A DNA stretch of 64,000 nucleotides, from positions 32,490,001 through 32,554,000 of the forward strand of contig NC_087437.1 of the NCBI RefSeq assembly GCF_036321535.1. The letters are read 5' to 3'. This DNA is from Camelus dromedarius. Taxonomy: Eukaryota. A program made the position numbers and the translations under genes. Shown here one piece after another: positions 37,950 through 51,744 of the stretch. The notes beneath the pieces are model-generated. The model was given only the letters and a program-made list of their open reading frames with translations. It was not told where the DNA came from and did no database searches. Every line of letters starts with the position of its first letter. Within the stretch, counting starts at the first letter, position 1.

Positions 37950-39765
37950 TGTTACTCTACAAGTAATTCATGTATTTTTAATTAATAAATGCATATAAAT
38001 AAAAGAAAGCTTTTAAATTATTTATCACCATCCAGAAATAAACAGTATTACAACTCTGAAGTATAATATTCCAGACTTTTCATGTATGTGTGTGTGCACA
38101 TATTCATATACAGATTTTACCTGCTTCCTTTTTAATTTTTTATTTTCTGAATATAAGAGTAATACAACTATTTTTGAGTATCTTGGAGTAATAGAAATTT
38201 TGGAAAACAAAATTTTTAAATCACCTAATAATCTTACAACCTTACTATAAATGCTTTTAGTATTTTAAAGTATTAGTTCTAACTTACTAAGTCTTACAAT
38301 TATAATTTGTAAAAATTTTATTTTAAAATCCGAAAACACAAAAAAAGTAAAACTTTATTGCTAATGTAATCCCAACTCTAGGAGTAACCCCTATTAAAAA
38401 TTAGATGATTACCCTTCCTAACTTCTTCCTAAGTTTACACAAGTATTTTTTATTTTTTACAAAAAAAAAAAAGAATCGTACTTTATATACTGTGTTTTCA
38501 TTTGCTTTTTTGGGTGGGTAGGGACCTCAATAATAGATATTATTGAATAATCTCTATTCAATAAATTTATAGCCATATTAGCATTCTTAAATGTCTACAT
38601 TTATGTCTGTTGTATGTAAATGTCTGTTGTAGAACTCTGCCAATTCCCTCTTGCCAAGTATTTAAGCTGTTTCCAATTTTTCACTATTATTTTAAAATTC
38701 CAATGTAAACATCTTTGTACATATATTGTACATATACACAGTCATTTTCTTTAAGATACACTTTTTAAAAAAGATTTGCCAAGTTGAAAGATATGTTCTC
38801 CTTATAATCTGGGTCATTTTCTCTAAAATATAGTTTTAAAAATAGATTTGCCAAGTTGAAAGATATGTTCTCCTATAATCTAGGTCTGGCAATGCCTTTT
38901 TCCCCATACCCTGACTACATTGGATATTGGCAGTCCTACAAAATTGGACACCATTTGTTTTTGCTTTTAACTTGCATTTCTTTGATTACAAGTAACACTG
39001 AACATTTTAAAGTTGTTTCTTGGCCATTTGTACTGCTTTACTGAATTGCCTGCTTAAGTCTCTAGCACATTTTTCTAAGAGAAAAATTACCATTTTGTTA
39101 TTTACTTGAAAGAGCTCCTTATCTTTACGTTTTGCTATATGCAGCAACACGTCTCAGTTTAGCATTCGTGTTTGTACCTTAGTTTGTAGTCTATTTTGTC
39201 ATTCCACAGTTTTAAATGTACAGATATCCATTTTCCCTTTATGATTTCAGCCTTCAGTCATGCTTTGAAAGTCCTTCTCTACCCTGAGATTTCACTGCTT
39301 TCATCCACAATTTCTTCTAAATGTTTTTATCATTTTACCTTTTATTGTTAAATTTTTAATTTACATGGAATTTCTTTTGTATAAAATATAAAGTAAGAAT
39401 ATAACTTTATTTTTTATAAATGATAGGTCAATCTTCCCAGCACAATTTGTTTAATATTGTGACTAGCGATTATCATCAATTTTATCATATTATTACATAT
39501 ACAAAGTCCCACTGACTGTTTACTACTGTGCTAACACCATTCAGTTTTAATTTATTGAGTCATTATAATTCATAATGATTCCTGATTAGGTACCCTATTC
39601 CCAATCATAATAATTTTCTTTTCTAAAAATTTTCCCATCTATTTTGGGATGTTCACTTTTCTGGAAGAAATTTTGAAAATTTTTTCAACATCCTGTTTAA
39701 AAAAAAGCCCAATTTAGGTTTTGACATAAATTATACTAAATGTATAGATCAGTTTGAGAATACAA
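37950..39765 (-). mobile_element. Old L1 (L1ME-like) 3' region, fragmented
   Basis: tgtttccaatttttcactatt...aacatctttgtacata...ttgcatttctttgattacaagt...tggccatttg...tcccagcacaatttgtt...aaatgtatagatcagtttgagaa. Confidence 0.75.
38741..38883. repeat. Two-copy tandem duplication, ~72-bp unit
   Basis: gtcattttct...agatttgccaagttgaaagatatgttctcct(t)ataatct starts at 38741 and 38813. Confidence 0.92.
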
Positions 39766-40974
39766 ATTTATTTTTAAAATAAAAATACACCACAGCAAAA
39801 CTCCTAGGAGTAATTAAGACATTAAAGGAAAAACAAAAGAACTGTGCATTTTATCAAAGATTTAATAGTTGGACAGAATTTTCTTACTAGATTAGTGGAG
39901 TATTTGTACTTTATGGTTGAGAAAACTTAAGGTATTGTTATGATGTTTCTAGTGAGATGAGAAAACTGACCTAGAATAAGGCAACCCTACAACCACCAGA
40001 GTAGCTAACTTTTAAAGAATAGTCACCACATGGCAGGCACTGGGTGTTTTACACACATTATCCCACTTTTTCCTTTTATTTGAATAGAAGACTTGATTCC
40101 CTTTACCTTCAGAACTGCTGGAAGCAATTTAGTGTATAACAGGTAGGTACCAACTTTACTGGAGGGTCTTGCCAGAAACCAGCAGCAGTTTAGGCCTGTT
40201 CAGAATTTCAAAACAAACTCTTTGAGAAGATGCATTCTCTACCTCTGCTGGCTTAAAATTATGTAAACAGAATTTATGTGCTCAGTGACCCCACTTCATT
40301 GATTTAACAGGGGTAATTTCTGCATAAGAATGAACTATTTCTCTAATGTACTGAGTATATGCTTCCATGACAGTGTATTTTCTCCATTCCTTTAATTAAA
40401 TGGACAGTGAATTGAAATGCAAAAGAATTCCTCCTCAACAGATGATCCATCCTCAACTCTTTACATGTTTTGTTTAAAAAAAAAAATTAGCAACAGTGGA
40501 AGAGCAAGCTAACAGTATCCCATCCTAAAACTCCCCTGAAAATGTGCCTGGTGAGATGGGAGGAGGGGAAGGCGACCTGCAGAAAGAGACCTAGCCAGCC
40601 CTTTCCAACAGCATTCATTCTCAACAGTTTGGGCTGCATTTTGGGGTCACAAAAAGTGCCCCATCTCGAGGACTCACTGAGCAGTGCTCGCACCACCTGC
40701 ACCTATCAAGGATGAATCCTCTTGCGTCTAGGAAGGACATTTCTATTGTTTGAACTGGCAACTTGAAGCCTGACGGACACACATGGAGGTGAGAGAGAAA
40801 GAAGACACCGGGCCACCACATCAGTCTAATGGGCTTTGGCAATCAATGGTGTGGCAGGGTCACAGCTAGGTCGCCCTCACATTCAACTCCCTGGGCTGGT
40901 CTCTCCTTGACGCAGAGGTTAGCCGGTGCTTATTTAATTGATGGAAGGCCACAGAGGGCAGAGGGTGTGCATGG

Positions 40975-41170
40975 GGGCCTTGGGAGTCAGCCAGGCCAGT
41001 TTGAGTCCTGCCTGCCCTGACGTACCTTCTCCAAGCTTCCATTTACTCATTGGGGCAATGAAGATAATAACCCTACCTTGTAGGGCCATCATAAGATTCA
41101 GAGAAAAACTTGTCTGCAAAGTGCCTGGCACACACACAGTCTAAGTACTAAGTAGATGGTAGCTTTATTG
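40975..41170 (+). mobile_element. MIR SINE
   Basis: ttgggagtcagccagg...aatgaagataataaccctaccttgtaggg...gtgcctggcaca. Confidence 0.7.
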
Positions 41171-41687
41171 TGTTTATCTGTAAGAAGTAAGGCTTATCTT
41201 TAATCACTTTCATGTGAAAAGTAAATCTCTGTTGCTCTCAAGTCTATTTCTCAAGGAATTACAGAATCTCAGAATTGAAAAGGAACTTAAGAATTATTTA
41301 GTCTTCCTCTTATACCGTGTCCTCAAAACTTTAAGGCAGAGTTACATATTTTTGTAGGTAACAAGCAAGCAGCCCTGAAGAAGGTAGCTCAAGAGAATCC
41401 TCACTTTGTACAAAATGCCTGTATCAACTCTGAGGATTTTCACAAACTTGTCACGCTCGATGCTAGTTAACTTTTTGTGAATTTCTTTACCTTCATATTA
41501 CTGCCTTCAACAAATAATCCCCGACCCATATAATACTATAAAGAAGGAAGCCTGCTTTCAGAAGACACAGCTGCCTGTGCCAAAGAACTTAAGGAAAAGA
41601 AAAAAAGAGAGGGGAGACCTCACACCAGGCCCATTCAATGGCTTAACCGATTCTGTAAACGTATATGTGAGTGGAGGCACCCAGGAA

Positions 41688-41820
41688 GAGCTGGAAGCCA
41701 TGTAATTTGTAGGACCCAGTGCAAAATAAAAATGTGAGACACTTACACAAAAATTATTAAGAATTTCAAGACCACAACAGAGCATTACACCAAAAGCAGG
41801 GTCCTTGAAGATGGCCCTGG
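41688..41820. mobile_element. MER91-like hAT-Tip100 element
   Basis: ggacccagtgcaaaataaaaatgtgag...aaaaattattaagaatttcaagac...gccctg. Confidence 0.65.
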
Positions 41821-43234
41821 CTGCACCCTACCTGTCTGCACACTCATATAGCCCTGGGAGTCAGAATGGGCCTACTGTGCCAAAGATCTCCACTACCTAT
41901 CAGAAGATTATTGCAACTGGAACACATCTTCCTATGTGTCAACTGCTAATAATAAACTAGAAACATTGACTTTGGCCAAATTGAAACTGGCTTTAGTTCA
42001 GAACTGAATCAAGCCAAGAGTAACTGCAGTTGATTAAGTCTCATTCTAATTTCTACCAAGAAGCTAACTGTGACCCTCCAGCCTCAGAATAAAATGATAT
42101 ACAGGTAAAGCAAATGCCCTATCACCTATTTGGGGCAACACTATAATACTGACACACACAAAAAATGTCATTAACCTCTGAAGGAATTTTATGGCTTTAG
42201 CCAAACTGAATACCCAAAGTACCTTATAAGTCTTAAACCAAGGCCCAAGTTGTTTAAGGCCCAATTAGTAAATTAATTACTAAGTTCAGTTTTATTATGA
42301 CTGGTGAGCAGGTGATTAGGTGGTTTACTATTTTCCTAATAGTCTAGTCTGATTTATGGACTGTTGACTACTAATGGTTGCTTTGGGGAGACATATGCTA
42401 AATACAGTTCACTGAAATTCCCCAGTTCACATGCAAGAAGACATTGAAAAATTCAACGCAAGTGAGCCAAATTTAAAACTTAGTTAAAAGTTATTCTGAG
42501 TAATGAAAACAAGTGATACGTCCAACGAGAAAGATATGTATTCTATTAAGTCTAACCTGATACAAGGGCAGGTATTTTTATTTGGTTTTGTTTGGAGAAA
42601 TTCTACTTTGGATATGATCATTCTGAAAATGGAGAAATTATACTAATTTATGGAGTAGTAAATTACATGAATTAGTCTAAGAAAGTAGAGAAAAAGAAAT
42701 AGTGCTATCAATGTAAGTCCAATCATACATTCTATACCACAGCCATGAATAATCATTTACCATGTGCTTAACTCCTAATACTTTTACTCCAGGAGATGCT
42801 GATATCCTCTGCCAAGACTACCCAATGCATTTAATACCAACCTCAAAGAATTTTCTCTCTGGCTGCAATTCCTCAAATTTTAGACTTTAAGTGGTAGAAT
42901 CTACAATGTGTTTTATCATAAGACCAAAGTACATGAGTGCTTTGGTCTCTTTTCTGAGTGCTCTAAAATCTAAATTGAGTCCTTGCATTTTGAGAGAGAG
43001 TTTTAAACTGTGCTTGATTTTGGCAAGTTATGGGAGCTTTCAAGATTAAGTCCAAACCTAAAGATTCCCCACAATTAGACAGACATTACAGGCTCCAACA
43101 TATTACCATTAAATGCCTCGTCTAGAGCAAACTGAGCTTAACTGTTGAACTGGTGTAGACTCACTGTGTGATGGACATAACTGTGAGGGCAGGGTCTTTG
43201 TCTTGTTAAGCAGTCAGAGAATTGTTAACAAAAA

Positions 43235-43460
43235 TGAAATATGCATTGAGCTCTTATTCTAGGTCAGATCTATGCTATGCACTTTTTAGATAGATATGTT
43301 TTCACATTTAATGCTTACCACCCCTCGAGAGGTAGGTTAGAGATGTTTCAGATGAACTGAGGGCCAGCAGGGCAAAGCAGTTTGTCCAAGAACGTAGTAA
43401 GTAATCAAGATGGTACTGGAGCCAAAGTCTTGTCCCCAAGACCATGCTCTTTTGATGATG
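43235..43460 (-). mobile_element. MIR SINE
   Basis: cattgagctctta...atgctatgcact...tttcagatgaactgaggg...tttgtccaag. Confidence 0.6.
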
Positions 43461-44194
43461 CCACAGAAGAAATCTCTAAGATGGTTTTGCCTTTAGACCA
43501 TCTCATCCCACTTGTAAGTTTCTGAAGTACAACCTCTCCGAGTTTTTGTGTCTAATGCTGGAAATATAAAAAATTCAGACTGCCAACTATGAAATCTGGA
43601 TAAGAAAAGCTTTCAACCCAATATTTTCCTACCATGTTGAGCAACTAACAGTCAAAGATCAAGGTGAAAAGAAAAATGAGAGTGAGGCTTATTGACAGCT
43701 CCCTTGTACTTAGGAGTTATCTGTTGAATGAAGAATAAGAATTATAATAAAGCAAACTGAACAGAATTCCTCCTAACCAAAAAAAAAAAAAAAAATTACA
43801 GGCTTCAAATTTGAAAGTTCAGTTTCATAGCTTCAACAATAAACTATAAAACACACATGTAGTATCTGTCCAAAGTCAAGTGTTTAAGACTAGTTTGTGG
43901 AAAGAAGTTACAATCTGATTTTCCAGAAAAGGAAAGATTGCTGTCCCTTTAAATAGATATCCAATCATTTAGTCAAAAGATAGTCCCAAAATCAATGTCA
44001 AGGCAACTGCCTACCTATGCCTACATTCTCACACAAGTACACTCAGCCAACTAGAGTGGGAGAGCAAATAATTACCATGTAACTAATTACCATCTGTCCT
44101 TACATTCTTTTTGTAACTTAAACATTTTTCTTTAAGAAGTCTACATCTGAGAAAAGGGCTATTTGAGCAGCTGCATTTCCTTCTCCCTGCCCCA

Positions 44195-45130
44195 TTGTGT
44201 ATGTGTGTGTGTGTGCACACACCTATATACATGTATATATATACACACATTATTTTTTCTAAACCATCTTAGAGTAAGTTGTATACATAATTCCCCTTTA
44301 CTTTCTAAAACTTTACTATTTCCCATGAACAAGAATGTTATCATACGTAACTACAGTACAGTTATCAAAATCAGGAATTCAATACCATTGTCTTCACGCC
44401 ATATTCCAGTTTCACTAATTGTCCCAACAATGTCTTTTATAGGAATTTCCCCCTTTGGTTCAGGATCCCACTTTGAATTTAGTTCTCATGTCTCTTTAGT
44501 CTCATTTAGTCCAAATCAGTTATTCAGCTCTTCCTTGTCTTTCCTGGTCTTGACATTTTTTTAAAGAGCAGGCTGGTTATTATGTAGCATGCTCCTGACC
44601 TTGGATTTCTCTGATGTTTCCTCATGATTAGATTAGATTCCGATTATGCATTTTTGGCAGGAATATCACAAAAGTGATACTATGTCCTTCCCTGGGGATC
44701 ATATCAGGAGGCTCATGATGTTGGTTTGTCCCATTAATGGTGATGCTCACTTTGATCACTTGGTAAAGGTGGCATCTGCCAGTTTCTCCATTGTAATGTT
44801 ACCATTTTATTTATATAATTAATGAATAATTTAGGGAGATACTTTGAAACCGTCCTTTGAAACTTTCAAACCTATTCCTCATCAAATTTTTAGCCCCTAC
44901 TTTAGCATCTATTAATGACTCTTTCCTGATGATTACAAAATGGTGATTTTAACTTCATCCGTCCTCATTCTGTCTATACATATTAGTTTGATTCCTACTG
45001 TAAGGAAGAGCTTTCTCTCTCCCTTGTTTGTGTGTCTGTTTGTTTGTTAGTAATAGTATATACTAACAAATTCTTGGTTTATTCATTGTTTATAATCCAC
45101 TAATATCTTACTTATTTTTATATTCCAATC
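44195..45130 (-). mobile_element. L1MC4/5-like 3'UTR
   Basis: aaccatcttagagtaagttg...attgtcccaacaatgtc...atgtttcctcatgattagatt...ttttggcaggaatatcac...tttgatcacttggtaaaggtggcatctgccag. Confidence 0.8.
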
Positions 45131-46179
45131 CACAGATACTTTAAATATGGTGATTAAAAACAAGGACGATTTCTCATATGTCAAGAAACTAAGACAGCTT
45201 TGAATGTAAAAGAAATTGCCAACAGAGCAAACAAATTTGTTCCTGATTTCCTGACTTTCAAAAGGACCCAGATGTCAATAGAGAAAACTTAGTAGTAAGA
45301 ATAAGAAAATAAAAACTTATCATGAATTGGATTTTAATAACAAAGGGGAAAGCCCTAAAATTATATACAAGCATCCATTATTGCTTGTACCTTCATAAAA
45401 AAAAAAAACTTCCACTTCTGCATTTCGTATTTCTGGACTCTGTTTAAAGGAGGCACAAGGTGCACAAACCCTGTAATCAGACCAGTCACTCTCCCACGGA
45501 CCAGTTGCCATGTGCATTTACTGAATTGCTGCTGGATACCACACAGTTACAATCACTTTTGTTTAATTTCATTTCATTTCATTTAGAAAGACATTTTGCT
45601 CAAGGTCATCAGTCTGAGAAAACATTTAAGTCACTCTTATTGTGCAGCTTCCCTCTAATATGACCAGACCTCCACTTATAAAAGAGAGCATCTCATTTGG
45701 ATCAGTGCTTCCGGCCTATCCAAAGAAATGCCACATTCAGAGACTGCTGAGTATCCCATCTGCTCAGAGTACTACAAATATCCGATGGGCATACAAATAC
45801 AATTTCCTTAAATTAATCCTCTAATCTTGAGAAATATGAATATCATGAAGAGAATAATACATATTAAATACAATGTCTGACAAGTCTGCAATGTATACCT
45901 TCACATTAAACCTTGAAGGAGGTAGACAGGGATAGCATGGAACAGGGGAAGCCTTCTGATGCCATCTCAGGTGAGACAACTAAGTCTATTAATAGCTCAT
46001 TTTTTCAAAATTTTTTATGGACACAGCATAGCTTAGGTTTTTATTCTTTGTTTCTAAATCAGATTTCTTTGCAGCCCTATGATTTTATTTTTAGGTTATT
46101 ATACTTCAGTCCTTGAGCTTAACATGGGGGCTATTGCTTTTCTTATTTCTCAAAAATAGCCACAAAATGTTCACCACTA

Positions 46180-46420
46180 TCAATTACATATAGCATTTAC
46201 CGAGCACTTACTATTTGCAAATTGCTCTGCTCAGCATCTGCATTCATTATTTCACTTAATTCCTAAAACCACACAGGAAGTGAGTTCAGATGAGGATGAT
46301 ATGGCTGTGAGGGCTTGAGGACACTAACCAGTGTCCCTCAGTTTAGAGCATGTCTTGAGCCAGTAACTGTGATTGAAGCTCCAGCCAATCAGTCTCCAGA
46401 GTCTTGACCAATGTGCTGTA
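46180..46420 (-). mobile_element. MIR SINE
   Basis: agcatttaccgagcacttacta...cattatttcacttaattcct. Confidence 0.6.
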
Positions 46421-46569
46421 CACCCCTGTGAGGAGTGGAGAGGAGGGGCTCTTCCTGTGATGTCAGCACCAGAATTTGATTCTGCCCTCTGTGTTAGGTT
46501 TATAACCCAGGTATACTCCTGAGCCATACTAATGAAAACACACTCCCTGGGATGGAATGTAAGCAAGAC

Positions 46570-47910
46570 AGCTTGAACTGCTCAGGCTCCAAACTTCAGT
46601 TTATCTGGGATTCATCTTTCTCCCTCTCCTTCCCTTCCTCCTGTCCATTTCCACTAGCCACCACATCTTAGCAATTCTGCCTTCAGACTGTCCCTGAGTC
46701 ATATTCTCTCCCTTCTACTGTCCCTCCTCTAGGTACAATACTCACTCCTCTCACCTCCCAGAGGTGTTCCTCACCTCCACTCTCCTCCTCCCATTCATTC
46801 TTCATCCCTGCAACAGGGAAGTTGTCTCAAACAGCTCAGACCATGGAACTCATCTGCTCAGAAACCCTAATCCTAGCTTATCAGCCTGAACATACAGAGA
46901 TGCCTACCATTTGGTCCTCATCTGCCTCTCCAGTTGACTCATCCCCACCCCAGGTTCTCCATCCTAACTCTGTGCACTGATACACTTGCAGTTTTTAGCC
47001 ATCCCTGCATGTTCCAGCTTCCTGCTTTTATCAAGCTGTCCTTCCACCTGGAATTTCCTTCTCCTTCCACTGCTCTCTTACCACTGTCGCTGGTCCCAAT
47101 TTCTCCTTGTCAAAAACCTACCAGTTCAAAGAGGGTCAGGCCAGGTTTAAAGGGGTCAAGCCAGGCTAAAACTTAGCTATTATATAAGAGATATTTCCAA
47201 CCTAAGTGTCAATCAACAGATGAATGGATAAAGAAGATATGTGCTCTCTCGCTCTCTCTCTTTCTATATATATATATACATATATACATACATATACATA
47301 CACATATATATACATACACACAATAGAATAACACTCAGCCATAAAAAAGAATGAAATTTTGCCATCTGTAGCAACATGGATGGACTTAGAGGGCATTAAG
47401 CTTAAATGAAACAGAGAAAGACAAATACTGTATGATATCACTTATATGTGGAATCTAAAAAATACAACAAACTAGTAAATAAAAGAAAAAGCAGCAGACT
47501 CACAGATATAGAAAACAAACTAATGGTTACCAGTGGGGAGAGGGGCAATATAGGAGTAGGGGATAAAAAAAGGGTTATTATGGGATTATATGAAATTATG
47601 TGTGTGCAACTTTTGAAAATTGTAAAGCACTAGAGAATTTAAAGAATCTTTCATTCAATTAAAAAATAGTTTAAAAAAGACAAGAGATACTTCAAAACTC
47701 TGCCCACAAAGGGACTATCTCAGTCAGATTTAATCTCTCCTTTCTACATAAGCCTGTTTCATTCTTTGTATGAGTCTGTTACTGTACTTATCAAATCCTG
47801 CCTTGCATTAAAGTTAATTGCATACATTTTCATCTCTCCCAGCAGACTGTGGATGTTTGAGAAATGAGAGCTCTCTTAAACATCTGTTTCCTCACAGACA
47901 TATGTTGAAT
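46570..47910 (+). mobile_element. L2 remnant interrupted by an L1 3' end
   Basis: C/T-rich L2 motifs either side of the L1; ends cagactgt...atatgttgaat. Confidence 0.55.
47198..47681 (+). mobile_element. 5'-truncated L1 3' end with TSD
   Basis: caacctaagtgtcaatcaacagatgaatggataaagaa...gcaacatggatggacttagaggg...atggttaccagtggggag; TSD aagagata[t/c]ttc (47186-47197 / 47682-47693). Confidence 0.92.
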
Positions 47911-48229
47911 TTACTGTCCAGTTCTTGGTGAGAAAATTTGTGGTTATGAGATGAGTTTTATTTCTAGAAATTATGATAGATAGATTTTAAATACATATAT
48001 TTGTTTTATATATGTTTTATACATAAATATATGTATTGTTTTACACACACATACACATACATATATCTAATAAATATCTATTGATTAAGTGAATTAAAGA
48101 TGTTGACTATAAACAGATATTAATTATAAAATGTTATAAACTACACTTTCATCACTTGAGATTTGGCATCCACCCATCTTTAATGAGACATTTACAGACC
48201 TACATTGTTCTGGTTCAATTATAAGATGT

Positions 48230-48900
48230 ATAGACAGATTAAAAATGTGAAATGGAGCTAATATTTTTAATATATAAAGAGCACTTACAAATCAATAAGA
48301 AAAGTGTTAACTGCACAAAAAGAAAAACCAAAGACAATAACACATTTCTCAGAAGAATAAGTATAAATGGCTAATAAACATAGTAAAATTGTTCAGTTAC
48401 TAGTAATCACAAATTGAAAATTAAAACAATGATACACAATATTTTAAACCTATTAACTTGACAAAATTTGTTTAAGATAATATTCATTCCCACTTTTGGT
48501 AAGCTTGTAAATTGTTATAAACTTTTGGGAAAGTATTTTGGTGATATATATTGAGAGGTTTAAAAGTTCTTACTCTTTGACCCTGCACCCCATCCCTGGG
48601 ACTCTATTGTGAGAAAATAATCAGAAATATAAGATTTATGTTCAAGAATTCTCATCATAGAATTACTCATAAAAATAAAAATTGGGAAAAGCCAAAATTA
48701 TTAAATAGGGAAATAAATTATGTAAAATCCATGCAGAGTAATATTTTAATCACTAAAAATAACATTTCTACAAGCTATTTTTAAATGCAGGAAATGATCA
48801 AAGCTAACAAGAAAATAATCTATATATTTTATCATATTTTTGTGAAAATTATTTGGTGGGATTACAGGTAATCTTTTTTCATTCTACACACATACTTTTT
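48230..48900 (+). mobile_element. Old L1 (L1ME-like) 3' region
   Basis: taatatataaagagcacttacaaatcaataagaaaa...aaatggctaataaacat...gtaaattgtta...ctttgaccctgca. Confidence 0.7.
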
Positions 48901-51119
48901 TCAAGTTTTCATTGACAAAGAATTTTTATTATTATTATTATTATTAAAACTCAAAATGAAAATTTTAAATAATTATCTTATCCCTAGTAGGAACCAAGAC
49001 TCAAAGACCAAACAAGTCCGTTTTTTATTTCCTCAGAGAATGAAAATGACTGACTTCAAGAAGCTGAGAGAATGTGGCTGTAAGCTCCCATTTCAAAGAA
49101 ATGGTGTGGTGTTTGTAATGGATAAATTTGAAGAGACAGGCAGTATTATTCTCATCTGTGATATATCATTTCTGCCTCTGATATGATCTTTTAAAAAAAA
49201 TCCACTTTAACTTCTCCTTATTTTAACTCTCTACAACTGTATGAACACCACTTGGTAATAAAAACAGCCCTAAAACCATGTGTCTCATTATTTCACAGCT
49301 ACTAACCATAAATAACAGTCTCATACTTTTGAGATTATAAATTATTCATATGAAAGTAATGTCAAATTATTAAAAGCCATTGGGTGAATTTATGGCCTTG
49401 TTTGACAGCCACTGGTTTCAGTGACAGCCTGGGAGACGACGCAGTCAAAACCTGTATGGACTAGTCCTCCTCTCTGTCCTCCTACCTACCAGGTTGCTTT
49501 AACTTGAAACCAGATGAACTACATCTCTGAGAAGAAAAGAGAGTCTCTTCCAGTCTGGAGCTCTGTCTGGGGTGATTATGTGCACCTTGGGTAATAGATA
49601 CATTCAATTCTTAATAGATAACAAATCACTTTCACATTTAGTAAACCTAAACATTTGCTCTTTCTAGAATCACTGAAATACCTGGATTTTCTTTGCAACA
49701 TAACACAGCTTCTAGTCTAATTGCAAAGATAAAGAACATTAATTTACAATGTAGAGCATGTTCATTTTGTGTCCAATTTTTTGTAGTTAATAACATTTTA
49801 TTAAACGGTACAAATATCAGAGCATTAAAAAAAAGCAAATAAAATCAGAACTTGAGTGTCATCAAATCATTTTCATTTAGCAACAGTCGACCTAGCTCTG
49901 AAATCTGGAGGTATATCCTCTCTCAGCCATTGCCTTCTCTTTGGAAAGCTACAGCTTTGCTCAGCTTGTAGCAAAAGATGCTAATTTGATCACACTGATT
50001 CCTTTTAATGCAAAGAGTGAATTGTTTTTAGACCACTGGTGATTAATGTGGGTATTGATTAGCTGATCAATAAGGCCACAGTGTCTAATTATTGATAATC
50101 CCTCTCCAAATGAAAGATCGAGTGTTAGGAGTCCTAGTTACAGAGTTCAAAATATAAAGTGATTCAATGTGATGCCTGGTAATTGAAAGTCAAACAAATC
50201 CCATAAATTAAATCACAACAATCCATAACATTTACCTGATAAATCCTTTGGAAGCTGTATTTAACTTTCACTATTCTCGACTTTTTCTTTTTCCTTTAAA
50301 AGGCCTTCTGAAATGCACACAACTTGTTGAGGGAGGTAAAAATCATTCTAAAGTGGTTTATCTTTATGAAGTAAGGGATCCAATGACACTGCCACTGAGG
50401 GTTACATATTTCAAATAATGGCTTCACCTCTGTATCACATCATAGAATGAAGAATAAAGAAAACCTACAATGAATGCTCAAGAGAATGAAGGTTGTCCCT
50501 TATACTTAGGCTTACAGACATGGAAGGAAATTCAGAGATCACATAATCACCTCTCACTCTGCCATAGACAGTTTAAGAGACATGATGGTTGTCACACAGT
50601 CAGCCAAAGGGCAGGACAGGACTGAGGATCTAAGTCGGTTACAACTTCTGCCCTTTCCTAATGTGTACGTGAAATCCAAGCTTTAGTTTACACTAGGGTC
50701 AAAAATTTACTCATGAAGTCAACTGCTTGGATGTGCCATACAAATAACGCTTCTTTTGTATTCTGAGACAAATCTCAGCTTGCTCCAGAGCCCCTGCATT
50801 TCCACTGATGTTGTAGGAGCAAGACTGGGAAGACTTAACCAAAAAAAGATAACTAAATTTCTTCCCATTTGGGGTTACCTCAGTCTCCTTTGCGTAAATG
50901 CTCAATTTGAAAAATTTCCTCCTCCTCCTTTGCTCCTCTTCAAGATGACATCAGAGTCTATGAGGGGCTTCTGGAGCCCCCATGGCAGTGAGAGCAAGCC
51001 TCAGATTTGCGTGGGTTTTGGGCTGTCCACTGGAATTCACTGAAATCTGCTAGGGGTGACTGCTGACTGTCACTACTAATGCTCAGCTGCTCTTGCCTAG
51101 TACTCTTTTTTTTTTCCTT

Positions 51120-51465
51120 TTTTCCTTTTGCATTTTTTATTTTGACACATTTAATCCATGCAAAATAACCCACATAATAGATAGGTTAAGTTAACACGAT
51201 ATGGACACTCATAAATCTACCACCCAAGTAAAGAAATGGAATATAATCAATACAGCCAAAGTTCCCCAACTGTCCCTTCCCAGTCTCCTCCACCCACTTT
51301 CCAGAATTTCCTGTTCATCATTCCTTTCCTTATCTATATGAATTTAGGATGTGGGTAGATGTGCCTGAAAATATACAGTTTTTCATTTTGCTTGTCTTGT
51401 CATGTATGCTTTGTGGCTTTTTTTTTTCATTCAACATTCTAAGATTCATCTATTTTCATTTCCAT
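51120..51465 (-). mobile_element. Old L1ME 3' end remnant
   Basis: accacccaagtaaagaaatggaatat...tcatcattcctttc...ttcattcaacattctaagattcatc. Confidence 0.55.
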
Positions 51466-51744
51466 GAATTCTTAAGCCAAAGTTCAAGTTGGTGAGAACA
51501 GAATCCCTGAGGAATCCCGATTACATTTTTATCATAAATGTAAAAAAAGCTCCTGAGCTTTCTTTCTACATCTTCCTCCTATCTGGAGAGAACAATGTCT
51601 TTCATCATATTCTGTCCTCTCTGCATTATGGGTTATAGTAAAACTCTATTATACATCAATTGATCCAATCTAGCTGTTGATATGTAAAGACAAGCTTTAT
51701 AAAATTTAAAAAGCCTCTCTCTTTGGCAAGAAAACCTAGATTTT

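Noticed and set aside
38741..38883. CRISPR-like repeat-spacer array
   Set aside because: Only two copies, the 'spacers' are homologous, and the context is mammalian; it is a simple tandem duplication
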